Translations under genes and position numbers: made by a program
Origin: Utricularia gibba
Lineage: Eukaryota > Plantae > Magnoliophyta
Assembly (NCBI GenBank): GCA_002189035.1
Contig: NEEC01000009.1
Span: forward strand, 806,001 to 870,000
Length of the DNA: 64,000 bases
Direction: 5' to 3'
Notes under the pieces: generated by a model
Databases searched by the model: none
The model's input: only the letters and a program-made list of their open reading frames with translations
What the model was told of the DNA's origin: nothing
Shown here: one piece after another, positions 27,275 through 40,572 of the stretch
Numbering within the stretch: position 1 is the first letter of the stretch
Layout of the letters: each line of letters opens with the position of its first letter

Positions 27275-27863
27275 TCACTCCATGAACACTACAGCACCAA
27301 CTGCCTTCAACTTCTCAATGATTTTCTCGGCTTCCTCCTTCGTAACTCCTTTCTTTAACAAAGTAGGCGCTTTTTCAACCAAGTCTTTGGCCTCCTTCAG
27401 ACCCAGATCGGTAACTGCTCTCACTTCTTTTATAATCTTAATCTTTGCACCCGCATCAAAACCCCCTTCTAGCTTCAGATCGAAAGCAGTTTTCTCCTTC
27501 TTCTCCTCTTCCTTCTGCCCACCCCCAACCCCTTTCCCCTTCGCACCCGACACTCCTGGGGCGAACCCCATTCCAGGCATCATCATCGCCATCACAGGCA
27601 TTTCTTCGATTCCCATTTTCTGTCTTAAAACCTCCGTCAAATCGGCAATTTCGACCAACGTGAGACCAGATATCTCATCAACGATACCCGACACTCGCTC
27701 CGACGGAGCAATCCTGGATTCCTGAGCCGCAACTGATAAGCTTCTATAGAAATTAGGGTTTTGCAATGGGTTTTCCGTTCGGGACACGGTGAAGCAGGCA
27801 GGGGATGCCCATTGATAGCCCCGAAACAAAGCGGGACAAATTGCGCCTCAGCACTGAAGGCAT
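27275..27863 (-). CDS. RPL12: Organellar (mitochondrial-type) ribosomal protein L7/L12; frame break in the presequence region
   Basis: [59 protein letters not shown] and EKLKAVGA. The only sensible ATG (27863, [17 protein letters not shown]) is out of frame by one base relative to the mature domain. Confidence 0.9.
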
Positions 27864-28885
27864 GCCTACTGCTGTCCGATTGAGCATTAGCAGCACCACA
27901 AAAAAACGTCGAGAGCTCGAAGCTTTTTGAGGAAACGGAAGAGGAGGAAGACTTCGAATCCAAACTGGTAAAGTTTTGATATATAAATAATAATTAATAT
28001 CTGTTGTAAATTTTTAATTAGAATTAAAATTTCATTCCATTTAAATAATTTTTAATTAAAAATATCATCTCAAAATTGAATAATTTAATTTAAATATCAA
28101 TTAAATCAAAAACTGAGACCATGTGGGCCGGGACAAATATTTGTAGCCCTGATCGCTCTCGCCGGTCTGCTGACATGGCCGCCAGGTGTATGAGAATATG
28201 CCTCAACGACATCGAATGGCGATCTGTTCCCAACACAAATGGAATTTGAAATAGCTGCACAGAAATACTGTCGCCTTGTCGGACACTTCCTCTCTCAAAC
28301 TCCTCCTCCTGCAAAGCGGTGCCGTGTAGATTAGAGAGATTCAACTTCATCTTCTCATGTATCCAGCTTTAAATTCACATGCTATTGAAGTTTCGCCTGG
28401 GAATCTGGGATGAGGTTTGCTTTCTTTCCCCTTTGTTCGCGTGCTTATTCTCCATGTATACATACACGTTGTCTGCCGGCTTCTTCTATGCAGCTATTTT
28501 TGTTTGTTTGTTTTTTTGCATTCGTCAGTAATGGCACGCGTGCAAGTCTAAAATTTTGAGGTGTTGGTTTTATTTCTTTAGTGGGATAGAAGTTTGCGAG
28601 CTGGGTTTTTTTTTTTTTTTTTGTTTATATGAGGATTATTTTGGCTCGTTCTGAGCTCTTCCTTGCCTTGCGGGAAGCTAATGTGTAATATGAGGTTTAA
28701 AACTTTTGGTGTTCATGAACATTGCTCAGAGCTTCTTAAATCTTATTTTTTGGATGGTGTAATTTACTTATCTGGGTTCTGCTCAATGAGTTTTACATTA
28801 GCAGTGCTTGGAAATAATTGTGGGTCTGTTTGCTGCGGTAGAATTATTTTTGTTATGCATTCAGATTATGTTGTGGTAGAGAACC

Positions 28886-30559
28886 ATGCCGACTTTTGCA
28901 GCTTCAGCTTTGGATAGATATGTAGAATCTGGTAATACGAGCTCAGTGGCACTTGTGAGAAATTTTTTTGATCCTCAACGTCAGACAAGACCTGTGACTG
29001 CCAATCCAAGAAATGAGAACGCAACGGATGACATCTATTCTAAGATGGAGGTGAGGGGCGGTAGTCTTTCTCCAAATCCATATTTATTCAGAATGGAGAA
29101 TGGAGTTGACATTCCATCGATCGGAAAGCATGAAAGAGGGGATGGCCTTTTTTCAGCTCGCAATTTGGAGAATAATGCCAATATCCTTCCCAATCGAAAG
29201 CTGGACATTGGTTGTAGCCTCCCTTTGAACACTCAGCTCGAGAGAGGAGTTCCGGTTCCTTACCAAAAAAATGGCTCATCAAATTCAGCTTTAAAAGTTG
29301 TGGAAAGAAAAGACCATTGGACCGAAATTTCTCCTGCCCTCTATGCTACTCCTATGTCAACTCCTCTCTCTGATTCTCCTTCGCAGTTGTCACCGTCTCC
29401 TTACATTATCAATCACAAGGGTCGGGTCCAAGACTGATGAAGAGTTTCTCAGAGGAGGATGTAGTGAGTTGCAAACAGAGGACTGATCCGATCAATTTGA
29501 AAGAGAATGAGAACGAGGCAGCAGCAGCATCAAAGGATATCAGAAGCCGTAAACTTGTTGGTGCTCAAGATTCTGCTACTGGTGTGGTAGGAATCCCTGA
29601 GCAAAATGGTGCAACGAAATTCATTGATTTCGAGTTGGCAATTGATAGTGATAATGAAAATTTGACGACCCACATGACTCAGTGAGTGTTAGGAGCATTG
29701 CTGAAAGTGAAGTTTATCCTGCAGTTGAGCACAATTTACATCCTTCAACACCACTTGCTGAGTTCTATGATGCATGGGAAGGTGCCACTCTTTTTGATAA
29801 TCAAATTTTCTTCTTCTTTCATAACATGATGCTTTTAATAACGCATTTTTCATCTCATGCCTAGAGTTGTCATCGGAAAGCGGGTATGAACTCTCAACGC
29901 CTCGTGCTGAAAATGAACTACGTGGAATGAGGATGAGTTTGCTAATGGAGATCGAGAAAAGGAAGCAATTTGAAGACGTTCTGAATAACATGAGTAGTCA
30001 GTGGAGGAGAATTTGTGAACAACTATCTGAAGTTGGTCTAAGACTTCCAGAGGCCCTACTTCTTACCCCTCTAGCGAGCAACCAGCTGATTGTGTGCCTG
30101 ATGTCTGCCAGCAGTTGTTTGTCTCACGCTTTGTATCTGAGTCGATTGGAAGGGGCATTGCAAAAGCCGAGGTTGAGATGGAGATGGAAGCTCACTTACG
30201 TATGAAGAACACCGAGATTGCTCGTCTATACGATAAACTTCGGTATTATGAAGCTGTGAACCGGGAGATGTCTCAAAGAAATCAAGAGATTGTGGGTGAG
30301 TTTCTTATTTCAACTTCTTTTACATGGAATACGAATTTCAACTCTACTGATCTTCTACGCTCCGCCGCTTATCTCATCCCAGAGACATCACGTCGACTGA
30401 GACAAATAAGGAAGGGAAAGCAGCAATGGATCTGGGGTTCCATTGCCACAGCAGTCACACTGGTCACCGCTTCTCTGGCAGTCTTACTTCCAGAGTGGAA
30501 GACCCGGTTCTTCAGCTGAACCTCTGACTCCCATGGCTGCACAGAAGCTGTCAGAGTGA
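28886..30559 (+). CDS. Conserved plant protein of unknown function (MPTFxAxALDR family), coiled-coil with C-terminal hydrophobic helix; several apparent indels
   Basis: MPTFAASALDR, ISPALYATP, PSPYIINHK.RGPRL.KSFSE, EFYDAWEELSS, MSLLMEIEKRK, RFVSESIGRGIAKAEVEMEMEA, EIARLYDKLRYYEAVNREMSQRNQE and WIWGSIATAVTL. Introns at about 29792-29864 and 30297-30380. The stop is at 30519 as written, or 30559 if the last frame break is repaired. Confidence 0.8.
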
Positions 30560-31061
30560 ATACCCAGCTCGATAGCTAAATGCACAGTACATCCATTTGA
30601 GATAATAACAAGAAAGAATGGTGAATCTCAACCAGGTCGGTACACTAATCCTTTGGCCAGCTGCACCACATTCTACCCTCTCATATTCGTCTGTGCATGT
30701 TTCACTCTCTCTTGTGTTGGATGCCTTTCTACAATTTGAAGCTTCTTTGCTCCAGAACAAGTAACTGACTGTCCTCTCTGTTGCTTGCACTGGTTTGTTG
30801 TCAACTCTGTGAAGAAGGAAGGGTCTCACATGGCATCCATCCCTTGACTGGGTACTGCTCCCCTCCACTCAGAAACGGTTGAGCTTGAATTTACTCTGGT
30901 GTGCAGTGCAGTCCCAACAGGATCATCTTTGTAAGCATTTCATTGGAGCATAGCGCCCGTCACTTCCAGAATATGGGGATGGGCAGGCAGCAGTCTTGCT
31001 TGGTTTTTAATTTCCTTCATACAGACTTACTTTGGGGTAAGATACTCACTTGTCAGAGAGC

Positions 31062-31086
31062 CCTGACCTGACCTGACCTGACCTGA
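31062..31086. repeat. (CCTGA)5 pentanucleotide tandem repeat
   Basis: Five perfect CCTGA units. Confidence 0.9.
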
Positions 31087-32812
31087 TGGGTGCAGGTCGC
31101 CGGCCAGCCTGCTGCCCCAAGTACACCGGCGTGCAGGGAGCCCAATAATTTGGCTTCTCATTGCCTTTAATGCCTTCCTTAAGCTTACATCAATCATCGG
31201 TTTGTCCTCAGTCTTGGGAAGCATAATGACGTCATCGGTCGAGCCGGAAAATTCCCGGTTCACAATCCCAACCCATTCAACTAGACGCTCGGAGGAACCG
31301 GTCTGTCCATGTGTAATGCATGGGGTATTTTAGTGTCAGTTATATATTTTCTTTCATTTTTTTAAAAAAAGTTTGAAAGTAGTAAGATGGTTATTATATT
31401 GTTTGTGAAAGTATAAAAATAGTTCATATTAGTTTAGAATTCAATGTTAATATTTAAAAATTTGACATAATTAGTATTTAGTATTTCAAAATTGATTCAT
31501 ATTATTTATGAAATTAGTATCTAATAATTTAATTTTTATTATTTATATAAATAGTTTGATATAAATAATTAGTTAAAAATAATTAATCAAAATTGATGAA
31601 ATTAATTTTTAATTATCCTAACTAATTTTTAGAAAGCAATTATATTTCTATAATGAAAAATAAAAATAATAAAATTTTGAAAACTAATTATATTAGTTAC
31701 ATTAAATTTTGGAGTATAATTATATTCCATGCACAATTTATGTTCAAAATGAAAAATATTTTTATAATAATAATAATAATTTTTTTGGGGGTAATTTTAT
31801 CATAATAATGTTACATTTTTGTAACATTATGTTTATTTATTTATGTATTTAGTAAGTGGAAATAAGGGAGGTAGCGTGCAGATGCAGGGCAGCCGCAGCA
31901 GCCGGGCATAGGTTTTTGTGTACCTACGCATGCCTACTGCCTACACTCGACATCTTGACAGTAATTTGCCTGGATTTTTTTTATTTTTTATATTTAATAA
32001 TAAATTGATTTTGAATTATTTTTCAAAAGAATCTCTTTCAAACACAACTTCAATTATTCTCAGGAGGGATTGGTTGTAATTTTTTAGAATGTGTGTTTGA
32101 TTATATTACTATTTTTAGAAAAATATTATTAAAAATGCTAAAAGTCTGTTTCTCAAATAGTATTTTAAGCCAAATGTTGTTTATGAGTGGAAAAGGGAAT
32201 AGTGTTTAAATTAAGAATCTAATACATCACATGAATATATGTGAATCATAAATATACAATATGTATAGTACTTAATAAAATTAGGTCCAAATAATTATTA
32301 ATAATTTATATTTTTTTATATATTTAATTATTTCATTTTAATTTTCTTATATGAGATTGTTTATTCTAATATTATTATTGAGTAAAACTAGTCTTTTTGA
32401 TCCAGCTAAAGATTTATTTATTTTTTATAATTGTTAGAGTATTTGAATCATATGTCCATGTAATTTTATCATCCCAAACCAGTGTATTTTCTTGTTTTTT
32501 AACCTAAACTAAGACCAATACAAAATGAATCTTGGCTACCCAAATGATGCTGGGAGGCAAACTAATATCATGTTAAAATTAAATAATTTAATGGATTAAA
32601 CAAATATACATCAAAACATAAAATATATTTTAAAAAAATAGATACAATCAATTATAATTAATTTGAAATTTATTATATACTTGATTATTTCATTTTAATT
32701 TTAGAGAGTCAATTATTTGTTCTTTCTAATAATTAGTTTAGTAGCTGGGGCGGGGGACACGTCAATTTGGTTGAGGTGAAGGGGGATATAGTAAAAAAAT
32801 AAGCCAGGGGAC

Positions 32813-33384
32813 ATGGCCTATACAAATCTCGACGTGGGGGGTGTGATTCCAGAGCCTGAAGCTGATAACTCGAAGCTTTTGGGTATGGCGCTGCCAGGAT
32901 TCCAAACTCTGAACACCCTTTTCCGCGCTTTGGAGCTATTGCTCATGTGTCTCCTCCTCGCCTGGGCTCTCCCACGCCTCCCCTCCGCCGGACACTGCTT
33001 CCGCCGCGCTGCCGCCCTCGTCTTCAGCCACCTCTTCGTTTTCCTCGTCGGCAACCTCATCGTCCTCGCACTCTTCTTCATCTCCTCCCGCTCCCGCTCC
33101 GCCCCGCTGGAACCCAACCCCAGTTCCATCTCTGCGGTGAGTTCGAGGACGGCGAGGTGGTGTTCGAGGACAAGGAGACTATACTGGAGGAATTGCGCCA
33201 CGCGGAGAGCTCTTCCTCGCCGGAGGAGGAAGACGGCGGCGAAGAGGCGGAGGAGATTGTGGAGAAGCTCAGCAACGAGGAGTTTCAGAGAGCCATAGAG
33301 GCGTTCATTGAGAAGCAAATCAAGTTTCATCAGGAAGAGAAGCAGGAAATTGCGACGAGAGCCGCATCTTGGGTTGTGATGTAA
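32813..33384 (+). CDS. Small intronless membrane protein of unknown function (two hydrophobic segments, DUF4408-like, C-terminal LSNEEFQ.AIEAFI.KQ motif); one apparent 1-bp deletion
   Basis: TLFRALELLLMCLLLAW and LVFSHLFVFLVGNLIVLALF are in one frame. The acidic tail EVVFEDKE...EKLSNEEFQRAIEAFIEKQIKFHQEE is in the -1 frame. One extra C at about 33102-33105 gives 190 aa. Confidence 0.78.
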
Positions 33385-34712
33385 TAATTTGTAATTAATG
33401 GGGTTAATTTGGTCCATAATCCTTAATTTTTGCGAAAAAGAACTAATATTATGCAATATTAATAATATTGAAAATTCCAAAATGCGGCCCAATTGAGATG
33501 TGGTTGGGCCGGGTCAAAAGGAGAAAAGGTAGCAGTTGATTTGTTCTACTGTTTCAGAAGGTGGCTGACGAACAAGAGGATCTGCTTGAAATTGGGGTTC
33601 GGTGAGTAGAAGGGACCCGCGTTGGATTCTGTCTTTGACGGGTTCCAATGTACTGTTCTGCGCCACGAATGATTTTCCGATTTCTTGATTTGCGAAGGGA
33701 ACCGGAGGGCTTCACTGATTCGAACGGCGAAAGGATCTAAGTCGGTGCCATAGTTTAACTGCGGTAAGTTTGTGAAGTCTATTCCATTTGGGTGTCTGGG
33801 GAGCACTTTCTCGATGGTTGCACACAATTTACAATATGCTTCTGTTTCTTTGAGAAATTTGATTCGCAAGATTGATTTTTGAAAACTGCCACTAAACGGA
33901 GTATGACTTTTAAGAAATGGGGATCATAGGTTTTTCTGTTAGGTGTGATGTCTTGTCCCAAGTCACTGTGGGTGTGAAAAAACTATGCATTTTCATGTCA
34001 GATTGTTGAATTGGTTCATATTCTGGATTAGGCCTTTGGATAATCCAGAAGTATCTTTTCAGTTGTATTCTAAGGCTTTTGGAGTAAACATGGAACTGAT
34101 CAAAAACAGATCCTTTTTCACAACGAGTTCATTCTGTAGAGAACAATTCAGCATCTTTGATATGGACGCTAGTTTAGTTCAGATTTCTTTCTTGAAATTT
34201 GGACGGATCGCTTTCATAAATTGGCGGCTTTGTTTGTTTGTTTATTATATTTTTCTTGTGGAAATGAATGTGGTGGTAAGCGAGCGCATTTTGCAAGGGG
34301 CACAAAAGATCAAAACACAAGTATTCATATTTTTATAATGGCTTTGCTTATGGCTTCTTCAATGCCCCATGCAATTTATTTGAGTTTCTGTGTGGTCCTG
34401 GCTCTATGCTTGCTACTTGTCAAAAGCAAAAGCAAGCGACTAGGTATATGGGTACTTGAAATTGGCTACCACTTTTTCTTTTTGAATGCTTTCTGTGATT
34501 AGCTTACCACGTGATATCATGTGATCATTTATTGTGCAATGAAACGTGCCCCAGTAAGATCATGTGATTGGAATGGGACGTTGCTGTCTCGGAAGTTCAC
34601 TGTATTTGCGCGAGTTCTGGGAACATATTCCTTCTGTAAAGTATCGTACTTGTGCTTGCAATGGTGATAGATATGTAACGGGCCTGAGTGGTACAGAATA
34701 TCACTCTCACCC

Positions 34713-34731
34713 ATTGGTTAGACCTATAAAA
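34713..34731 (+). promoter_or_regulatory. Candidate MIR169 core promoter (reverse CCAAT plus TATA box)
   Basis: ATTGG at 34713-34717 and TATAAAT at 34725-34731, about 40 bp before the hairpin base. Confidence 0.45.
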
Positions 34732-34770
34732 TCCAAGCCGGGTGTCTCAAATGTGCATGCATTTTAGTGA

Positions 34771-34886
34771 AATATGAGGCTTAGAGGGATATTTGGTAGC
34801 CAAGGATGACTTGCCTGTTTTTGTGCCCTCGTACCGATTCCAGGCGGTCTCCTTGGCTAACCTAATTGACTCTGGCCTCCCATATT
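34771..34886 (+). ncRNA. MIR169: microRNA MIR169 precursor hairpin
   Basis: Exact mature sequence TAGCCAAGGATGACTTGCCTG at 34797-34817, and star arm CAGGCGGTCTCCTTGGCTA at 34841-34859. Lower-stem pairing extends from AATATGAGGC..AGAG to CTCTGGCCT..CATATT. Confidence 0.95.
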
Positions 34887-35149
34887 AGCTCTCCTCTTTC
34901 CTTAACGTCCGGTTCTTTTTACTTTGTATGAGTCAAGATTGTAATACTAAACCAAGTGTTGTCTGATTTGAATTTTTAAACTCTTTTAGTCCAGCGCCCA
35001 GAATGTAGATGTAGGCTAACAAAGTTTTCCCGTGTTTCAGAAACTCAATCTCTTCCCAGTTGTTCAATCGTTCTCTGCAGTAGTCTATATTGGCACATCT
35101 GTTTACGCTGTTGTTTGATCTTGAATAGAGATAGCTTTGGAAGATCATC

Positions 35150-35815
35150 ATGTTCGCAACAGCAATAAAGTTCATGGCGACGAAGCCAAAGCCAAAGATG
35201 AAGCCTATAGAATTGAAAATGCCTCCTGTGCAAACTCAGACAATAACACGGGTCATTTTTGACATCTTGAAGGAACATGGTCCTTTAACCATAGCTGAAA
35301 CTTGGGAGCATGTAAAGGTAGGCAATTTTTTAGTTTCTCTTGACAGCAGATTCAAGTTTGCATGAGGATAAACACCCACTGGTGCAATGATACGTCATGA
35401 AAGGACATTTCTCTTATCTTGGTTAGATTGTTCCAAAGATGTTTCCATTAGTTGTTGTTTTTGATGATGCTTTCGACGTCTTCTATTTCAACATTCTTGA
35501 ATTGCTCCCACTGAAATCACCTGAGTTAACAGTTTGTTGAGCTGAGAATGATTAAGCCATTTGTTTTGACCATCTTTATGATTCAGAATAGAAGAATAGC
35601 TAATCCAAGTTCATCTCCAGGATGTTGGTTTAAGAGGATTATCAAGCAAGAGACACATGAAGATAGTGGTGAGGTGGATGCGTGAGAGACAGAAGCTGAG
35701 GCTTCTTTGCGACCATGTCGGTCCCCATAAGCGATTCTTGTACACTACATGGTTCACAAAACCAGAAAGGACACAGACAAGGCCTGGATCCAATGTCCAA
35801 GAGCCCAAGTCATGA
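35150..35815 (+). CDS. Small basic conserved plant protein of unknown function, possibly mitochondrial
   Basis: Exon 1 (35150-35317) MFATAIKFMATKPKPKMKPIELKMPPVQTQTITRVIFDILKEHGPLTIAETWEHVK, GT-AG intron 35318-35620, exon 2 DVGLRGLSSKRHMKIVVRWMRERQKLRLLCDHVGPHKRFLYTTWFTKP...* in phase. From memory it resembles a conserved angiosperm family (At4g22000-like); this was not verified. Confidence 0.8.
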
Positions 35816-36795
35816 TGAATTTCTGAAGCTTCGCCAGGTTTCCAGAGTGTCCAGAGTTAGCTCACTTTCCCTTCTTCAGAGTGCGTATGCTGAAATGTTC
35901 CATCATATTTAACTACTGATAACAGACACTTGATCATGATCTTCCTTGTATATTAAGCAATGAGGAGCCAATTTGTACCACCAGAGAGAAAGCCTTCAGA
36001 TGAATCTAGTTGCTGTGATTTGTTTCCCAGAAATGGTCAAAAAACAAGCTCGAAACAAGTTCGCTAAGCGACCGGCTGTTGTTCAAACAGCTGTGAAGGA
36101 ATCTTAATCACAGATTTTAATATTTGCATGGAAATGCAATGGGTTGCCTTGGATCCGGTTGGAGTCCGGCGACATAACCTTCACGCTTCAATTCCTTACC
36201 CCCTTGTGGGAGCAGGGCCATGAGCAAGAAGAAACCTACCCTGTCCTTGGAAAAGATAGTCCCCCTGCATGTGAGAACCGAGACTGTGGAGGTGCCTGAC
36301 CACCAGATGCCAACGGTATAGATGCGCCCCAAGGATCCCATGGTCCAGTCTGGCTGGAAGATGCGAGTAACGCAATGCAATTAGGGATTGCCAACGAGAA
36401 TCGCAGCCGGGAAACAGTTCGAGAAAATGCATACAAAACAGAGAGGCGTTTATCAATACGCCTGTAGTACGAGTTTTGGAAAAAGTCAACCGCCGACCGG
36501 CCGGAAACATGTTTTCTTTGGATGTCGAGCGGGCGGAGAGCCACCACCTAACATCGAGGTATTTTGGTATTTGATATCTCCGTCGGTGAACCGGGTCAAG
36601 GGTAGTTTAGTATATTTTGACATTTTGGGAAAGAGTTCCAGGGGTAATTTGGTATATTCATCACAAGCCCTAGTGGTAGGTGAAGCGCACCTCGCCCAAT
36701 AAATACCATTCCATTCGGTGCCGTTTTGGGCGAACTTCGTGATCTGTTTACTGCTTCCGGATCTGCTGCTAGTCTTCTCCGATCTCGCGGATCCA

Positions 36796-38837
<2,042 letters not shown>

Positions 38838-40572
38838 TAGGATTCTTCCCCAGCAAGAGCAAGGATTCAGACAGCGGTTGTTGGTGTGTTTTGGTTGGAA
38901 TAAGTTCCCTGAGACAGTGATCTCATACCTCCTGCTTTGTGTTCCTGATTCTTCAACCCTTGTAGTTGAACAATCCCAGTTTTTAACTGTACGTCTCTCG
39001 TAATCCCCTTCTCCAATTGTTGCACTCAAACGTTCTTCGGTTCTGATTATAAGACCCTTTGATTTGATTAGTCAGAATCATAAATTGATGAAGGGATTAT
39101 TCTTGTTTTGGTGTTTGCAATGGAAATAGTGTTCTGAAAAAGAGTTTTGCTATTAATACTAATACATTTTGACTAAAAAGATTTAAAAATTTAAGGTATT
39201 TTTATTTAAAAAAGTTGAGATTTCACAACTTTTTTAAAAAAAATTACATTTTAGAAAATACATTTTTAAAATAAAAATACAACTTCTTTTAAAATAAAAT
39301 TCATTTAAAAATCTAATGAAATTTTTTAAAAAATAAATATAGAACGATCCATAAGAATTATACGAAATCACAAATATAATTGGTAAAAATTCAATTATCA
39401 TGTATTACTCTTGGTTTGGGTAAGAGTTGTGATTCATATTATAAGCATTTTGTTTTTATACTATTTCACAAGAAACCAATTTTAGATGTGATTGTCAATT
39501 ATATTTTCAATGAAAACTTTAAATCAATTTAGGTTTTCAATTACAATTTGTTCGAATTTGAATGATTTCAAAAGTCAATTGATAGATTTCAATCGAAATT
39601 GTAAATCAGTTTTAGGGTTGATTTTTCACACATGGATGACACCACACGTTAGGGCATGCTTTTTCGCTAATTTGGTTGAATTTTGAAAATAATAATTTTC
39701 GCTGAATATTCGATTTATAAAATCTAACCAATTTGTCAAAATATCGATGAATTTTTGCTGAATCACTTTTTTAAAATTCCAAATAAAATTGATAAAAAAA
39801 ATTGTCTTAATAGAAAAAGAAAAACGCGGATTGGGCCTTCGCAGGCATCTCGGCCCATATCTCTATTGTTGTGAGATAAATCACCCACCAATTCACGTTT
39901 CGCTCTCATTTGTTGCGTGCCTGTAAATTTTCTGGTTTGTTTCCATCTTCTCTGTGTAGAGAATTGGTTCCGGAAAGTTGTGTGAAGTCTTTTTGGGGTG
40001 CATGTTCTGGCTTCTCATCCCCTCATTGTGCGGAATAGGATTCACATTTCTGTGCCGTATCTTCTTCGTTGAGGCGCATGATCGCTTGTAATTCAGGAGC
40101 AACAGCAGTGGCGTGTCGAGTCTCATTTGAAATGCGAATATATTCCTAAACTGCGTCGTGAATCCTGTATCTGGTTTGTTTGTGTTCAGGGGTCTTACTT
40201 GGATTTTCTTCACGAGGTAAGACGAGTTCTGGATTTTAACCCCTTTTCATGCCGAATTCGTTAATGCTGAGACGTTAGCTCTATTCTTAGACCATTCGTA
40301 GATTCTGGAGTTCGCACTTTTAATTGCGTTTCTGTTAATTGCTCCGGAGCTTTAACTCCGGTTTCGTGATCCTTTGGATGGTTTGTTTTAATGATATCTG
40401 CTCCTCTGCCATAGTTTGGAGGTCTAATGGGATGCGCCTTTGTCTTTTTGTTGCTCTCTCAGCATAATCTGCTAAAGATCTGCTCTTTTCTTTTTCTGAT
40501 AATTTAGGTTCACGAAATTGAGGGGTTCGCTCTTTCTGTTCCTTCTCTCTGGGTAAAGAGTGGCGTTGAAGC

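Noticed and set aside
32818-33492. 224-aa antisense ORF (also 883-1374, 37977-38501, 27213-27725 and 62070-62660)
   Set aside because: These are shadow ORFs on the opposite strand of GC-rich real exons, with no recognisable motifs.
34500-34700. Intronic C/D-box snoRNA next to MIR169
   Set aside because: There is no convincing RTGATGA / CTGA pair with a terminal stem.
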